Positions 1-8,687 of a DNA stretch of 23,317 bases are shown here, piece after piece. The notes beneath the pieces are model-generated. The model did not search any database, was not told where the DNA came from, and saw only the letters and a list, made by a program, of their open reading frames with translations. How positions within the stretch are numbered: position 1 is the stretch's first letter; each line of letters opens with the position of its first letter. The DNA lies in IMG/VR virus record IMGVR_UViG_3300009152_000002. One strand, given 5' to 3'. Both the position numbers and the translations under genes were made by a program. The DNA comes from an uncultured virus (IMG/VR IMGVR_UViG_3300009152_000002). Its lineage: Duplodnaviria; Heunggongvirae; Uroviricota; Caudoviricetes.

Positions 1-1560
1 TTCAGTCAATATTTCTTGAAGTGCTTTGGTCAACACGGGCACTATCTTGGCATTATCTACAGCCCAAGCATCTTGTACCTCTTCGCCATCGTCACCCTTT
101 TTGACTGCATCGGGGACCACCTGATGCAGTTCTTGTGCAATAAAACCATAATTAACCGTATAACCTGTTTCAGTCCAGGTGTAAGAACGAACCTGAATAG
201 AAGAAAGAAGGTTAAGTGCGCTTGGTGCCGGTTGAATTGCGGACTTAAGGCGTTGATCAGATGTTATATTGTACCGAAGTTGACCAGCAGCACGATTGTA
301 GTCGATTGTGCCTCTGCTGGAAAACCCTGCTTCTGTTCCAAAATTAACAAAAACATTGTCCCCAGTTGTTGCAGCATTGAGCAAAGCAATTACATCAGAA
401 CCCGTAGTAGTGGTTTTAAAAAATGCAGCATTAGCTGCTACTTCAACTTGCAACGGACAAGCTACTCCAAGAATGGGTGCATTGGTCCCAACCAAGAGCC
501 GCCCGGAGGAGTCAATAAATACTCTTCCAGTACTATTTGTAGCCAAAGCAACCGTATTAGCCGCACTTAGATAAATTCCATTGGTCGGCACAGTCGCACT
601 AGTTGGAATAAAACTAGCCGCAGTACTAATGCCAGTAGTTGTAACGTTTTGCGAACCAAAATTAGGACTAATTTTTGTACCAACAATAGCTGCACTAGCA
701 TTTACATCAGCATCAAGAATAGTTCCGTCAAGGATCATGGTGCTGGTAACTGTTCCAGTATCACCTGTAGTTACAACAGTTCCTGTTACGGCAGGAAGCG
801 TTAATGTTCCCGATGCGGTTGTAGAAGCAAGAAGCGTTGTAGTCCCTGAAGTGGACCCACTGAACCTAACTCCAGTAGTTCCAAAAGTTGGAAGAGTGGA
901 AAGTACAACAGTAGATCCGGTGCCTGTAGTACTGGCAAGCATTGTTGCCGTAACTGTTCCAGTATCGCCAGACCCTACCAAGGTTCCCGCCAAGGTGGGG
1001 AACGTAACGTTGACTGCCCCGCCTTGAATTAAAGACGTTTGACCAACCTTCGTTACTGCAGTCGGCAGTTGAACGGTTCCAGTTGAAGAACCAATCGTAA
1101 TAGTTTTTGTATTAGCACCTGTACCGATACTGACCGCTCCAGTAGTGCCAGAATCAATAGTAACGATCCCGGTAGTACCAGAAGTCAAAGAAAGATTAGA
1201 AGCAGCCGCAGTTGTCAGGCTGATCGCACCTGAGCCTGTAATATTTCCTACAGAAGTAAGGTTTCCTGTTACGTTTGCACTTCCGTTAAAGGACTGGCCC
1301 CACAGGGTTCTGGAAGTGGTTAACGTAGCAGCAGAGCCGTCAATACTTGTAATGCCCGTAAGCGCTTGCGCAGCCGAAGCGCGATTCAAAGCAATCGCAG
1401 TGGTACCGACGTAAGTAGAGGAACTAGCTAACGGCCTTAAGAAAACATCCGAATCAACACTGGTAAGAGCGTTGATTAGCCGCGTTACGTCATGAGCTAA
1501 CGTATTGGTTCCGTTTGGTAATTCGTATCCTTGGTGGATCGTTACGTTATCAATCGACAT
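1..1560 (-). CDS. Tail fibre/tailspike with C-terminal peptidase S74 intramolecular chaperone domain (3' end truncated by window edge)
   Basis: Absent from the ORF track because it runs off the edge. Segments translated by hand from ATG 1560: MSIDNVTIHQGYELPNG...LTTSRTLWGQSFNGSANVTG (fibre repeat), Thr/Gly/Ser-rich body, then ...NITSDQRLKSAIQP...YGFIAQELHQVVPDAV...IVPVLTKALQEILTE. SDxRLK plus GFIAQE is the S74 signature (from ~261 to the edge). TAAAAT lies 21 nt upstream. Confidence 0.88.
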   Translation of the reverse strand, partial: MSIDNVTIHQGYELPNGTNTLAHDVTRLINALTSVDSDVFLRPLASSSTYVGTTAIALNRASAAQALTGITSIDGSAATLTTSRTLWGQSFNGSANVTGNLTSVGNITGSGAISLTTAAASNLSLTSGTTGIVTIDSGTTGAVSIGTGANTKTITIGSSTGTVQLPTAVTKVGQTSLIQGGAVNVTFPTLAGTLVGSGDTGTVTATMLASTTGTGSTVVLSTLPTFGTTGVRFSGSTSGTTTLLASTTASGTLTLPAVTGTVVTTGDTGTVTSTMILDGTILDADVNASAAIVGTKISPNFGSQNVTTTGISTAASFIPTSATVPTNGIYLSAANTVALATNSTGRVFIDSSGRLLVGTNAPILGVACPLQVEVAANAAFFKTTTTGSDVIALLNAATTGDNVFVNFGTEAGFSSRGTIDYNRAAGQLRYNITSDQRLKSAIQPAPSALNLLSSIQVRSYTWTETGYTVNYGFIAQELHQVVPDAVKKGDDGEEVQDAWAVDNAKIVPVLTKALQEILTE

Positions 1561-1599
1561 AATACAGTTCCCTTAAAGTTTATTTTACTGCAGACATTA

Positions 1600-2019
1600 T
1601 CACACTGCAGGTAACCACGTGGTGGTTGCTAGGTCATAAACATAAAGCTTAGAAAGCGTTTTGTCATAATGAAGTTGACCATCGACAGGATTAAGAGGTT
1701 TTCCTGCGCTGATAGACGCCACAGCTTTTGGTGTTTGCCACGCAGACCCGTCATAAATTTTTAAGATTTGAGTGCTGGCCGTATCTAACCAGGATTCACC
1801 CTTGGATAAAGAGGTGTAGCCTGTGGGCGACAGGTTCGGAGCGGTGCTACCGATAAACGTGGGGCCGATCTTAATCAGCGTCGCGTTGGCGCTATCCGCA
1901 AAGTAAAGGCCAGGATCACCTGCATTGGCGTTCAAGGCGATCTCACCAACACCTAAGCGAGTCGGTAAGGGGCGGTCATAAAGAAGGGTGGAGCGGCGAC
2001 TAAGGACTTGAACGGTCAT
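1600..2019 (-). CDS. Short tail-fibre-associated protein
   Basis: 139 aa. RRS...P...LGVGEIALN...GLYF and GESWLDT/LKIYDGSAW/DGQLHYD segments resemble fibre N-terminal/adaptor repeats. Lies directly upstream of the S74 fibre. Confidence 0.6.
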   Translation of the reverse strand: MTVQVLSRRSTLLYDRPLPTRLGVGEIALNANAGDPGLYFADSANATLIKIGPTFIGSTAPNLSPTGYTSLSKGESWLDTASTQILKIYDGSAWQTPKAVASISAGKPLNPVDGQLHYDKTLSKLYVYDLATTTWLPAV

Positions 2020-2021
2020 TG

Positions 2022-4352
2022 TTAGTTACTGTATGTTCCTCCATCAATTGTAAACTCCTGGTTGACATACGGATCATAAATGCCACAATCCAAAGCTGTG
2101 ACTGTAGCTGGATCTTCCGTGACCCCGCCCGCAATAGTGGTTCCGGCCAGTGCAACAGAATACGGAACACCATTCAAATAATTAGAATTATTTATTAATC
2201 CGTATTGGTACTCAGGTGTGTAGTTATATAAAGGTTGATCAAGCATGCCAAACTTTTCTCCCAAAAGCACGGCAACATCTATGTTGAATAACTTGCTAAT
2301 TACAAAAACTAACTGTTGAGTACCGTTTTGAAGTTTTCCAGAACGGTTAAGGGTGTCGCCAATTCTTCTAATGTTGTCAGTCAATAAAGCTGAAACAAGT
2401 TCAGGCAGATAGTTAGCTGTTTCTTGCGGTAAATTCCCAGAGCCTGTTGTAGTTGTAGTGCCAACCCACTTTGTACTCATTCTTTTCATGTACAAAGTTT
2501 CAGCAGCTTTGCGCAATTTTGTGCTTTCATTGTCAAAGTTGTTATAAAACACATCTAACCCATCACCAATTGGTTTATCATTTGGCTCCAACAACCACGC
2601 ATCAACAAATTGGTGACGGCGAATATTTGTTAAAGAACAGTAACCATTGGTTACATTGCTGAAAGGATAAACAATCTTAAAGGTGTCGGGGTCAATAACT
2701 TCAGTTACTGTGTACTCTCCTGAAATTGCCGAACCACTTGTAAAATCAAGTTGAATTGTGTTGTTTTTAGCAAGACCATGCTGAGTTATGGTTACCGTAA
2801 TGTTTGCTTCAGCTTGAGAATATTTCCCGCTGCTTAAAACTTTGGCGTTACCTTCATCGTGGTTGATGGAAAATAAAGCAGCATAAATATGTTTGCACCA
2901 CCTCAACTGGTAATAATACAGACTGTAATAAGATTTGTTAGCGGTATCTCCATAATCAGGAAGCTGATAAAAATTAGAGCTAGTAGCAACAAATCCCAAG
3001 TCATGAAAAACCCCGTTGTCATCTCTTTCATTGACCAGGTTATTGTCTTTATCTAAACGTTGTCCAGGCTTAACCGATCCAATTGGAGTAACTGGAATTT
3101 TTTCTGACGTAGTTTTTTTATATAAGTTGTACCCAACGCGCCTAGTAAAATCTTGACAGCTGCATTGATACCTCATCTCTGTTGTTAAAAACCTTCCAAC
3201 AATAAAGCCACGTTCAGCCGGAACGGTAGTAACCGGTTTATTGTTTATGGTTTTAGCGCCATAACTGTCATTTTTTTGGAAAACAAGCTCTGTGTTAACA
3301 TAGTCAATACTTGTCAAAGTGTACCCAACGTAATTTGTATAATCAAATCCAGCTATCAATCTACTGACAATCAACGTTCCGCCAGTAACACCGCTATCAA
3401 TAGTTGTAAATTGTAATTGAGTAGTCGACGTTACAGTTACTATATATTTTTGCGAAACAACGCCACCACCCAGAACATTGGCAAAAATAGTATTACCAGT
3501 TGCTAAACCATGTGGAGTTGGACAGGTTACAGAAACTGTTGATCCCACTCGTGTGTACGAAGACGTGATGCCAGGATCACGCTCTACAGCACGATCAACC
3601 AAGCGTTCTCCAATTAAATCAGGTATTGGAGTAAAAATAGAACGCAAACGAACACGTGTTTGAGTCCACCGCACATCTGAAAAGTCAGTAGAAATTTGTA
3701 CGGAAACCGATCCACTTGTTGTTAATGGTGCTGCAGCAAGACAGGTAAAAGTATCTTCGGTTCTGCCAGTAATTGGAAGTGTTGCTGTTACAGCTGTACC
3801 ACTAGTAAAAACTAAGTAAATATTCTCACCAACTTTAAACCCATGCTTGGGCAGAGAAACTGTAATATTGTTAACAGATTGTACATAAGTAGCCGTCTGC
3901 ACATCACTTAAATAGCGAACAGCAAGTATAGGCAAACTGTAATCATATAAGTTAATTCCGTTTGCATCCCTAATACCCACAATCTGCTCATTGGTTTCTT
4001 CACTAGTTGTAGGAAATGTAAATAAACGTGCCGGAACAAACACACCAGGGTATAACTGGTATGTGCAGTAAAAACGATAATCCCCTATGAGAGATCTTTT
4101 ATCTGCACCAGAACCTAAGAAACTTTGTGTAATTGAATATAGTTCGTAACCACGGCGCCAACGTGTCCACAATGCGTCACGGTCATAAAACTGGATGCGA
4201 CTTGTGTAATTATTGTTGGGCGTAAATCTAAACGGATTATCGATTGAAGCAAAATCTACTTCTTTTTTCTCACTAGGATTTTTAAATCCTTTTGATAACC
4301 CGCCGTCGAATCCCTTGGCTAAGTTGTTAAATTTATTGCTGCCAAAGGCCAC
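2022..4352 (-). CDS. Large tail/virion-associated protein with three ~65-aa beta repeats and a split SWIM-like Zn motif
   Basis: 776 aa, GTG start. Repeats of form Y.Q...ITV....HG...G..I.L.FTSG; CSC (3156-3164) and WCKH (CKH 2889-2897); C-terminal IDGGTY. Confidence 0.6.
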   Translation of the reverse strand: MAFGSNKFNNLAKGFDGGLSKGFKNPSEKKEVDFASIDNPFRFTPNNNYTSRIQFYDRDALWTRWRRGYELYSITQSFLGSGADKRSLIGDYRFYCTYQLYPGVFVPARLFTFPTTSEETNEQIVGIRDANGINLYDYSLPILAVRYLSDVQTATYVQSVNNITVSLPKHGFKVGENIYLVFTSGTAVTATLPITGRTEDTFTCLAAAPLTTSGSVSVQISTDFSDVRWTQTRVRLRSIFTPIPDLIGERLVDRAVERDPGITSSYTRVGSTVSVTCPTPHGLATGNTIFANVLGGGVVSQKYIVTVTSTTQLQFTTIDSGVTGGTLIVSRLIAGFDYTNYVGYTLTSIDYVNTELVFQKNDSYGAKTINNKPVTTVPAERGFIVGRFLTTEMRYQCSCQDFTRRVGYNLYKKTTSEKIPVTPIGSVKPGQRLDKDNNLVNERDDNGVFHDLGFVATSSNFYQLPDYGDTANKSYYSLYYYQLRWCKHIYAALFSINHDEGNAKVLSSGKYSQAEANITVTITQHGLAKNNTIQLDFTSGSAISGEYTVTEVIDPDTFKIVYPFSNVTNGYCSLTNIRRHQFVDAWLLEPNDKPIGDGLDVFYNNFDNESTKLRKAAETLYMKRMSTKWVGTTTTTGSGNLPQETANYLPELVSALLTDNIRRIGDTLNRSGKLQNGTQQLVFVISKLFNIDVAVLLGEKFGMLDQPLYNYTPEYQYGLINNSNYLNGVPYSVALAGTTIAGGVTEDPATVTALDCGIYDPYVNQEFTIDGGTYSN

Positions 4353-4361
4353 AATTTAAAA

Positions 4362-5138
4362 TTAATAGTAGCCAGCTTGTACGTTAACGTAGAATCCAGT
4401 GGTCAATGAGACGGCGCCACTAACAGCAGCGTAGATGGAGGAACCACGGGGGAGCATCAGCCCAAGCAGCTTGGGAGCGATGCCCCTGTTCGTGCTGAGA
4501 ACGTTATCACTGCCTGATTGAACAACAGGGTGGTTAATAAAAGGTAAATCCTGTGCAAGCGTCAGGCTGTATGATTGGTTTTCCCAGGTTGCAGCAACGT
4601 GGCTCGTGAACAGAGGGAAAAGTTGGTTGGTATTGGTAATTGAAGAAGAGTTTGCTTGATAAAAAGCAATATCAATAGGAGGGTTATAGCTAACGTTGCC
4701 ACTGGTGGTTAAGCTGCTAGCAGACGTACCAGTGAATGTGGTGGCGGTAAGAGAGGTAACAGTGATAGTTTCATCAACACCAGCGCCGCTCGTGTAATTA
4801 AGATAAACTTTATCGCCAATTAAAAGGTTGTGACCAGAAACAGCAGTAACAGTAACAACCGTGCCCGATTGCGAGTACGTACCAGCCGTAGCGGGTTGTG
4901 AATCAATATAAATGTTTACCGTTTTTCCGTATTGAAGATAAATTTCATCGATATAAGCACCACTGATTGAGGTATCTGTTAAAGCAGAGTCAACATCAAA
5001 AACCTTGGTGATGTTTCCAACTGCGGTTGGAAGGATGTTGGTTGAAAAAAGTTGTCCCGATGCAACCGTCAGCAAGGTGCTTGTGCTTGCTGGACGGTCA
5101 AGCATCATCGGTTGTTTGTTCGAAGATGAACTGGACAC
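4362..5138 (-). CDS. Virion structural protein with one copy of the same beta repeat
   Basis: 258 aa, Thr/Ser/Val-rich, GTG start. TYSQSGTVVTVTAVSGHNLLIGDKVYLNYTSG matches the repeats of the downstream gene. Confidence 0.6.
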   Translation of the reverse strand: MSSSSSNKQPMMLDRPASTSTLLTVASGQLFSTNILPTAVGNITKVFDVDSALTDTSISGAYIDEIYLQYGKTVNIYIDSQPATAGTYSQSGTVVTVTAVSGHNLLIGDKVYLNYTSGAGVDETITVTSLTATTFTGTSASSLTTSGNVSYNPPIDIAFYQANSSSITNTNQLFPLFTSHVAATWENQSYSLTLAQDLPFINHPVVQSGSDNVLSTNRGIAPKLLGLMLPRGSSIYAAVSGAVSLTTGFYVNVQAGYY

Positions 5139-5163
5139 GCTCTTCCCTTTTAATCAGTTAATT

Positions 5164-5304
5164 CTATTGTAGCGCAGCTTTTTTCTTCACTTCTTTTTGA
5201 CGTTTTTTCTCGGCCAACCAACGCTCCATGTACTGGAGGTCAGCCGAGGCAAATCGCTCTGGATGCTCTAAAGCTTTCTTAACCAGCTTCTTGCTTTTTG
5301 TCAC
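5164..5304 (-). CDS. Small basic hypothetical protein (MTKSKKLVKKALEHPERF...)
   Basis: Start moved from 5409 to GTG 5304, which has GGAGG 7 nt upstream and cuts the overlap with the upstream gene to 26 nt. 46 aa, Lys-rich. Confidence 0.55.
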   Translation of the reverse strand: MTKSKKLVKKALEHPERFASADLQYMERWLAEKKRQKEVKKKAALQ

Positions 5305-5485
5305 CACCTTTCCTCCGGCTACTTTCTTCCATTCTAACCCGCGCTTTCTTAACTGCTTCTTTACGTTTCTCTTTGTCACCTTCTTTCTTCTCTTCAACAG
5401 AAGACTCACCCTGCTCGCCCTTCCCCTCAGCTTTAGCTTTGAAATGAGCTAAGAGCTGGGGAGGCATTTTTCCTTTTTCGGCCAT
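5279..5485 (-). CDS. Small Lys/Glu-rich hypothetical protein
   Basis: 68 aa, ATG start, TAGAAT 23 nt upstream; fits the gene tiling. Confidence 0.65.
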   Translation of the reverse strand: MAEKGKMPPQLLAHFKAKAEGKGEQGESSVEEKKEGDKEKRKEAVKKARVRMEESSRRKGGDKKQEAG

Positions 5486-5511
5486 GAGAAATTTTAAAAC
5501 CTTTTAATATT

Positions 5512-5769
5512 CTAGGCTACGTAACCAGTTGCCTTCTGGGTTTGTTGCTGCTTTTCGATGTCTTCATCAGTGCGGACATCAACTGGTTGGCTGGCCCAAC
5601 CCTTAGCCAAATTAAGATTTCTATTCTGTTCTTCCGCTGACATATTCTGAGATGCACCAGCCTGAGCCTGGGCATATTGACCAGCCATCCTGGTTTTTAA
5701 TTCTGGACTGACTGGGGCGGCATCCATGATTTTTCCGACCCTTGTGCCGGGTCCAAATTGTTGTCCCAT
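5512..5769 (-). CDS. Small Gln/Ala-rich hypothetical protein (RMAG motif)
   Basis: 85 aa; tiles tightly with neighbours. Confidence 0.65.
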   Translation of the reverse strand: MGQQFGPGTRVGKIMDAAPVSPELKTRMAGQYAQAQAGASQNMSAEEQNRNLNLAKGWASQPVDVRTDEDIEKQQQTQKATGYVA

Positions 5770-5774
5770 GATCG

Positions 5775-6098
5775 TTACTGAGGAATGTTGGGGGTGCGTA
5801 ACTCTGCAGAACCCATCATAGATTCTGTAGGCACTGCAGGAAAACCGGTGCCACGAGTTATCTGCATATTAAGAGCTTGTCCTGCCATTCGTGGCCTACC
5901 AGGTGTCTTTCTGCTTTTTGCAAAGTTTCCTCCAGAGGGCGCGTAACCTTCATTGGGTGGTGCGTTACGTGCAACACCTAGAGTGTAACCGTCCGTTTGT
6001 AACGTTTTAACTGCAGGACGATCTCCCCTGGAAGGAACGTGATCTTCTGTGTGCCTTGGAAGATTGACGCGTTGATTGAAACTTCCGAGCGTTCTCAC
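5775..6098 (-). CDS. Hypothetical protein, probably disordered (RMAG motif)
   Basis: 107 aa; GTG start overlaps the upstream TAG (TAGTG coupling). Confidence 0.65.
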   Translation of the reverse strand: MRTLGSFNQRVNLPRHTEDHVPSRGDRPAVKTLQTDGYTLGVARNAPPNEGYAPSGGNFAKSRKTPGRPRMAGQALNMQITRGTGFPAVPTESMMGSAELRTPNIPQ

Positions 6099-6394
6099 TA
6101 CCTGTACACCCCGTTTAAGTTATTTTGCTGAGAGTTTCTTGCCAGATCAACAGGAGGAAGCGGATCCGCATGAGAACGGCTAACCTCCTTCATGTAAGCA
6201 GGATTGTTCAACTGAAACTGCGGTTTCTCAATCCCGTTATAGGCTACAACGTAAGGACAGTGCATAGTTTGCACATTGCGTTTCATGTTGAACGGGTCAC
6301 TAAATCCGGAAGTTGTTATGCTGCCATCACCATATAAGTTTCCGTAGGTGACCGGAAAGCTTGGTTCGTAGCCAGGGGCTTGAGCAAACCTCAT
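6098..6394 (-). CDS. Hypothetical protein
   Basis: 98 aa; ATGA overlap with the upstream gene and TAGTG overlap with the downstream gene. Confidence 0.65.
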   Translation of the reverse strand: MRFAQAPGYEPSFPVTYGNLYGDGSITTSGFSDPFNMKRNVQTMHCPYVVAYNGIEKPQFQLNNPAYMKEVSRSHADPLPPVDLARNSQQNNLNGVYR

Positions 6395-7017
6395 GTCATT
6401 AAAGTGCCACTGGAATTAAAAGCTGACGCCAGCATCGACAACGGATTAAAGAGGGGCTTGTCTTGCGATCCAGAATCACTCATCAATTTTGACGCGTAGT
6501 CATTTAAAAAATCAGTAGTATCTGGATTTTTTTTACTACCTTGCAAATAAAAATTGTAAGTACTTCCCGTAACACCTGGAGTTTGTTGCTGTTGAGCAAT
6601 CTGTTGTCCCCCAGGCATAACGTCAGTCAACTTACCACTTGCGTCTTTTGTACGACCCGTGAAGGCCCACTCCAGTTGCTGTGGCGTTAAGTTGGCATTT
6701 TCCGCCAGGGCTGCGTGTACGTGTGTTGCATGACCCGGATCACCTGGACCAAGCACTTCAGTTAACTGACCAAGCTTCCCAAGACGGTACTTAAGTTCAC
6801 CGGTTCTCTGTTGCCAAGAAATTGGTTTGCCGCCCGCATAGGCAGGAGCTACGTCAACATTTGTCGGAGCAGTAATGTCAACTGCTTTACCTGAATAGTG
6901 GTAAGAACCTGGAGCGTGACCGCCTACACGACCAGTTCCAAAAGCAGGGTTCTCTCCTACAACCCAACCATACTGTTGTGCTGCTTTTCCAAAATCAGTA
7001 ATGTTGACGCCTGCCAC
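6391..7017 (-). CDS. Putative Zn peptidoglycan peptidase (peptidase M15/LAS-type) with shared C-terminal module
   Basis: SYHYSGKAVD (H-x6-D) and HATHVH (HxH) Zn-ligand pattern of the LAS/M15 fold; TAGTG-coupled to the upstream gene. Confidence 0.7.
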   Translation of the reverse strand: MAGVNITDFGKAAQQYGWVVGENPAFGTGRVGGHAPGSYHYSGKAVDITAPTNVDVAPAYAGGKPISWQQRTGELKYRLGKLGQLTEVLGPGDPGHATHVHAALAENANLTPQQLEWAFTGRTKDASGKLTDVMPGGQQIAQQQQTPGVTGSTYNFYLQGSKKNPDTTDFLNDYASKLMSDSGSQDKPLFNPLSMLASAFNSSGTLMT

Positions 7018-7598
7018 TAGATCTCTCCGTAGTTACCGCCGCTATTGAAAGCCGCAGTCAACAATGAAATCGGATTAAACATAGATTCGGGCTTTGCTGG
7101 TTGCCCTGTTACTTTGGGAAGATAAGACGTTAAGAAATCTTTAGTGTCTTGATTGTCGCCACTCAAGTAGAAGTTGTATGTATTGGCTCCAGGATTTTGC
7201 TGTGAGGTTTGCGTAGTAGGAGGGTTGTTAGGTAGTCCTGCAGCAGTTTTTTGAATTTCGGGTAAAAACTGTTTGTAGGTTCCTGACTTAAATGTTGTCC
7301 ATGCGCCAAAGCCTGAAGAATCTTTTACTTGTTTAGCAGCACGAAGATTTGTTTGTGGATCAAGGAGCTGTTCGTTGCTCTTCAACCCAAACTGTTTACG
7401 ACGGGCGGGGCCGAGGGTGTCGATCATGTTGATCTGAGACAGCCCATAAGAGTTGTCGCCAGTAGCCCTATTTGTGTTGTGTGCGTACTGGTTGCCACTG
7501 GACTCAGCCTTGATGATGGCAGCCATTGTTTGCGCATCATTACCACTAAAGCCTGCACCTTGTGCAAGTTGTAGGAGTTGAGCAGAAGTCAGTGGCAT
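7017..7598 (-). CDS. Lytic transglycosylase (SLT/lysozyme-like) with shared C-terminal module
   Basis: AIIKAESSGN (catalytic Glu), SYGLSQIN, DPQTNLRAA, AWTTF motifs. Start moved to ATG 7598 (MPLTSAQLL), removing the overlap with 7609-8088. Confidence 0.85.
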   Translation of the reverse strand: MPLTSAQLLQLAQGAGFSGNDAQTMAAIIKAESSGNQYAHNTNRATGDNSYGLSQINMIDTLGPARRKQFGLKSNEQLLDPQTNLRAAKQVKDSSGFGAWTTFKSGTYKQFLPEIQKTAAGLPNNPPTTQTSQQNPGANTYNFYLSGDNQDTKDFLTSYLPKVTGQPAKPESMFNPISLLTAAFNSGGNYGEI

Positions 7599-7608
7599 GG
7601 GTCTAGGC

Positions 7609-8088
7609 TTAGCGGAAGCTGTTTTCGAACATAAGACGAGTGCCAACAGCAACGTCAGCTGGACCGGGAAGGGCTTGAATGAACTCAGCACCTTCCCGAT
7701 TAAATCGGTACCGCGCTTGTTCAGGATTTCTGTAATTAGGAACATAGAGATGGGAAGCTAATCGATCCGTCTCGTATATATAGATTTGCGTCCAGGTTTT
7801 GAGGGTTTCTTTAAAGTCCGAAGTTGAAATCGTACGCGAAACATCACCAGCAATGTTTTCAAGACGATTCTTCGGTGTTATGAAATTATTTACACTACCC
7901 GTCATATCGGTGCGCTTTTCAGCTTCGTCGCACCGAGAAACCTGTTCGGAAATCTTGCTATACCAGAACGAATCTGGAACATTATTCACAGCCTCCTCCA
8001 ATCGAGCTTGGTCGCCAGCAGGGACAGATGTGTTGTTGTATCCCAGGTGCCAGCGGACTTTCGACTGGAGGAAAGTGTCAAGTTGCAT
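7609..8088 (-). CDS. Hypothetical virion protein, possibly head-completion/adaptor
   Basis: 159 aa, helical-looking, downstream of the capsid genes. The CDS is solid; the function is inferred from position only. Confidence 0.45.
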   Translation of the reverse strand: MQLDTFLQSKVRWHLGYNNTSVPAGDQARLEEAVNNVPDSFWYSKISEQVSRCDEAEKRTDMTGSVNNFITPKNRLENIAGDVSRTISTSDFKETLKTWTQIYIYETDRLASHLYVPNYRNPEQARYRFNREGAEFIQALPGPADVAVGTRLMFENSFR

Positions 8089-8137
8089 TACTTAACAACA
8101 GTGAATAATTGACGTACACAATATGTAGCGTACTCAA

Positions 8138-8578
8138 TCATTCTACACGGATAAGATTCTCAGTGATGATCTCATCCCAATCAACGCGTTTGATTGTTTT
8201 AAGTTGATCAAGGCGTGCAAACTTTTCGCCAGACATTGAAGTTTGTAAATCTTTAATGTCGCGTGCAGTCTTCAAGCCGACACCAGGGAGAGTGTCTGCA
8301 ATCTGCCGAGCACTGGCGGTGTTGATGTTGAGCCTGGTATCAAGAGGAAAAGTTTCTTTATTAGTTGGTTTTGCTGGGTTAACGCCCTCTTGTTTCAACT
8401 GTCCTGTCAAGCGTTCTTCCACTTGCAGTTTTTCAGTTGTAGCGTCCAGCTGGGGGACAAGATCGTCCTCCTCAACATAAAGGACTTCGTCTTGTGAGTC
8501 CACACACATGAAGATTCCTTCTCCGTGCATGGTGACGACTTCGAGGAGTGCTCCTGTTGGCTTGTACCGGTACAGCAT
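8138..8578 (-). CDS. Helix-hairpin-helix (ComEA-like) DNA-binding protein
   Basis: C-terminal RLNINTASARQIADTLPGVGLKTARDI...F..LDQL..IK is the ComEA/HHH_3 pattern. Start moved to ATG 8578 (MLYRYKPTG); the longer ORF crosses a terminator and overlaps 8688-9554. Confidence 0.8.
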   Translation of the reverse strand: MLYRYKPTGALLEVVTMHGEGIFMCVDSQDEVLYVEEDDLVPQLDATTEKLQVEERLTGQLKQEGVNPAKPTNKETFPLDTRLNINTASARQIADTLPGVGLKTARDIKDLQTSMSGEKFARLDQLKTIKRVDWDEIITENLIRVE

Positions 8579-8635
8579 TCGTAAAAGATAGTGACTACCA
8601 GTACAATACCAAGGTTTACCCAAAAGCGCTAGGTC

Positions 8636-8665
8636 AATAAAAAAGCGGGCCACTGGGACCCGCTT
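8636..8665 (-). terminator. Rho-independent terminator after the capsid/decoration genes
   Basis: Minus strand AAGCGGGT-cccagtg-GCCCGCTT followed by TTTT, ~22 nt after the 8688 stop. Confidence 0.8.
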
Positions 8666-8687
8666 AATTACTGATTCCAGAAATGGA

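Noticed and set aside
16..1414. Plus-strand ORFs 16-570, 308-574, 581-1027 and 1145-1414
   Set aside because: Antisense to the minus-strand tail fibre (1-1560), which carries clear S74 motifs.
5305..5409. Long overlap between ORFs 5164-5409 and 5279-5485
   Set aside because: GTG 5304 with a GGAGG RBS explains the gene with only a short overlap.
7599..7745. Signal-peptide-like N-terminal extension of the transglycosylase (LTLLLALVLCSKTASA)
   Set aside because: Lies in another frame of 7609-8088; ATG 7598 just after that gene's stop is simpler. A secreted longer isoform is not strictly excluded.
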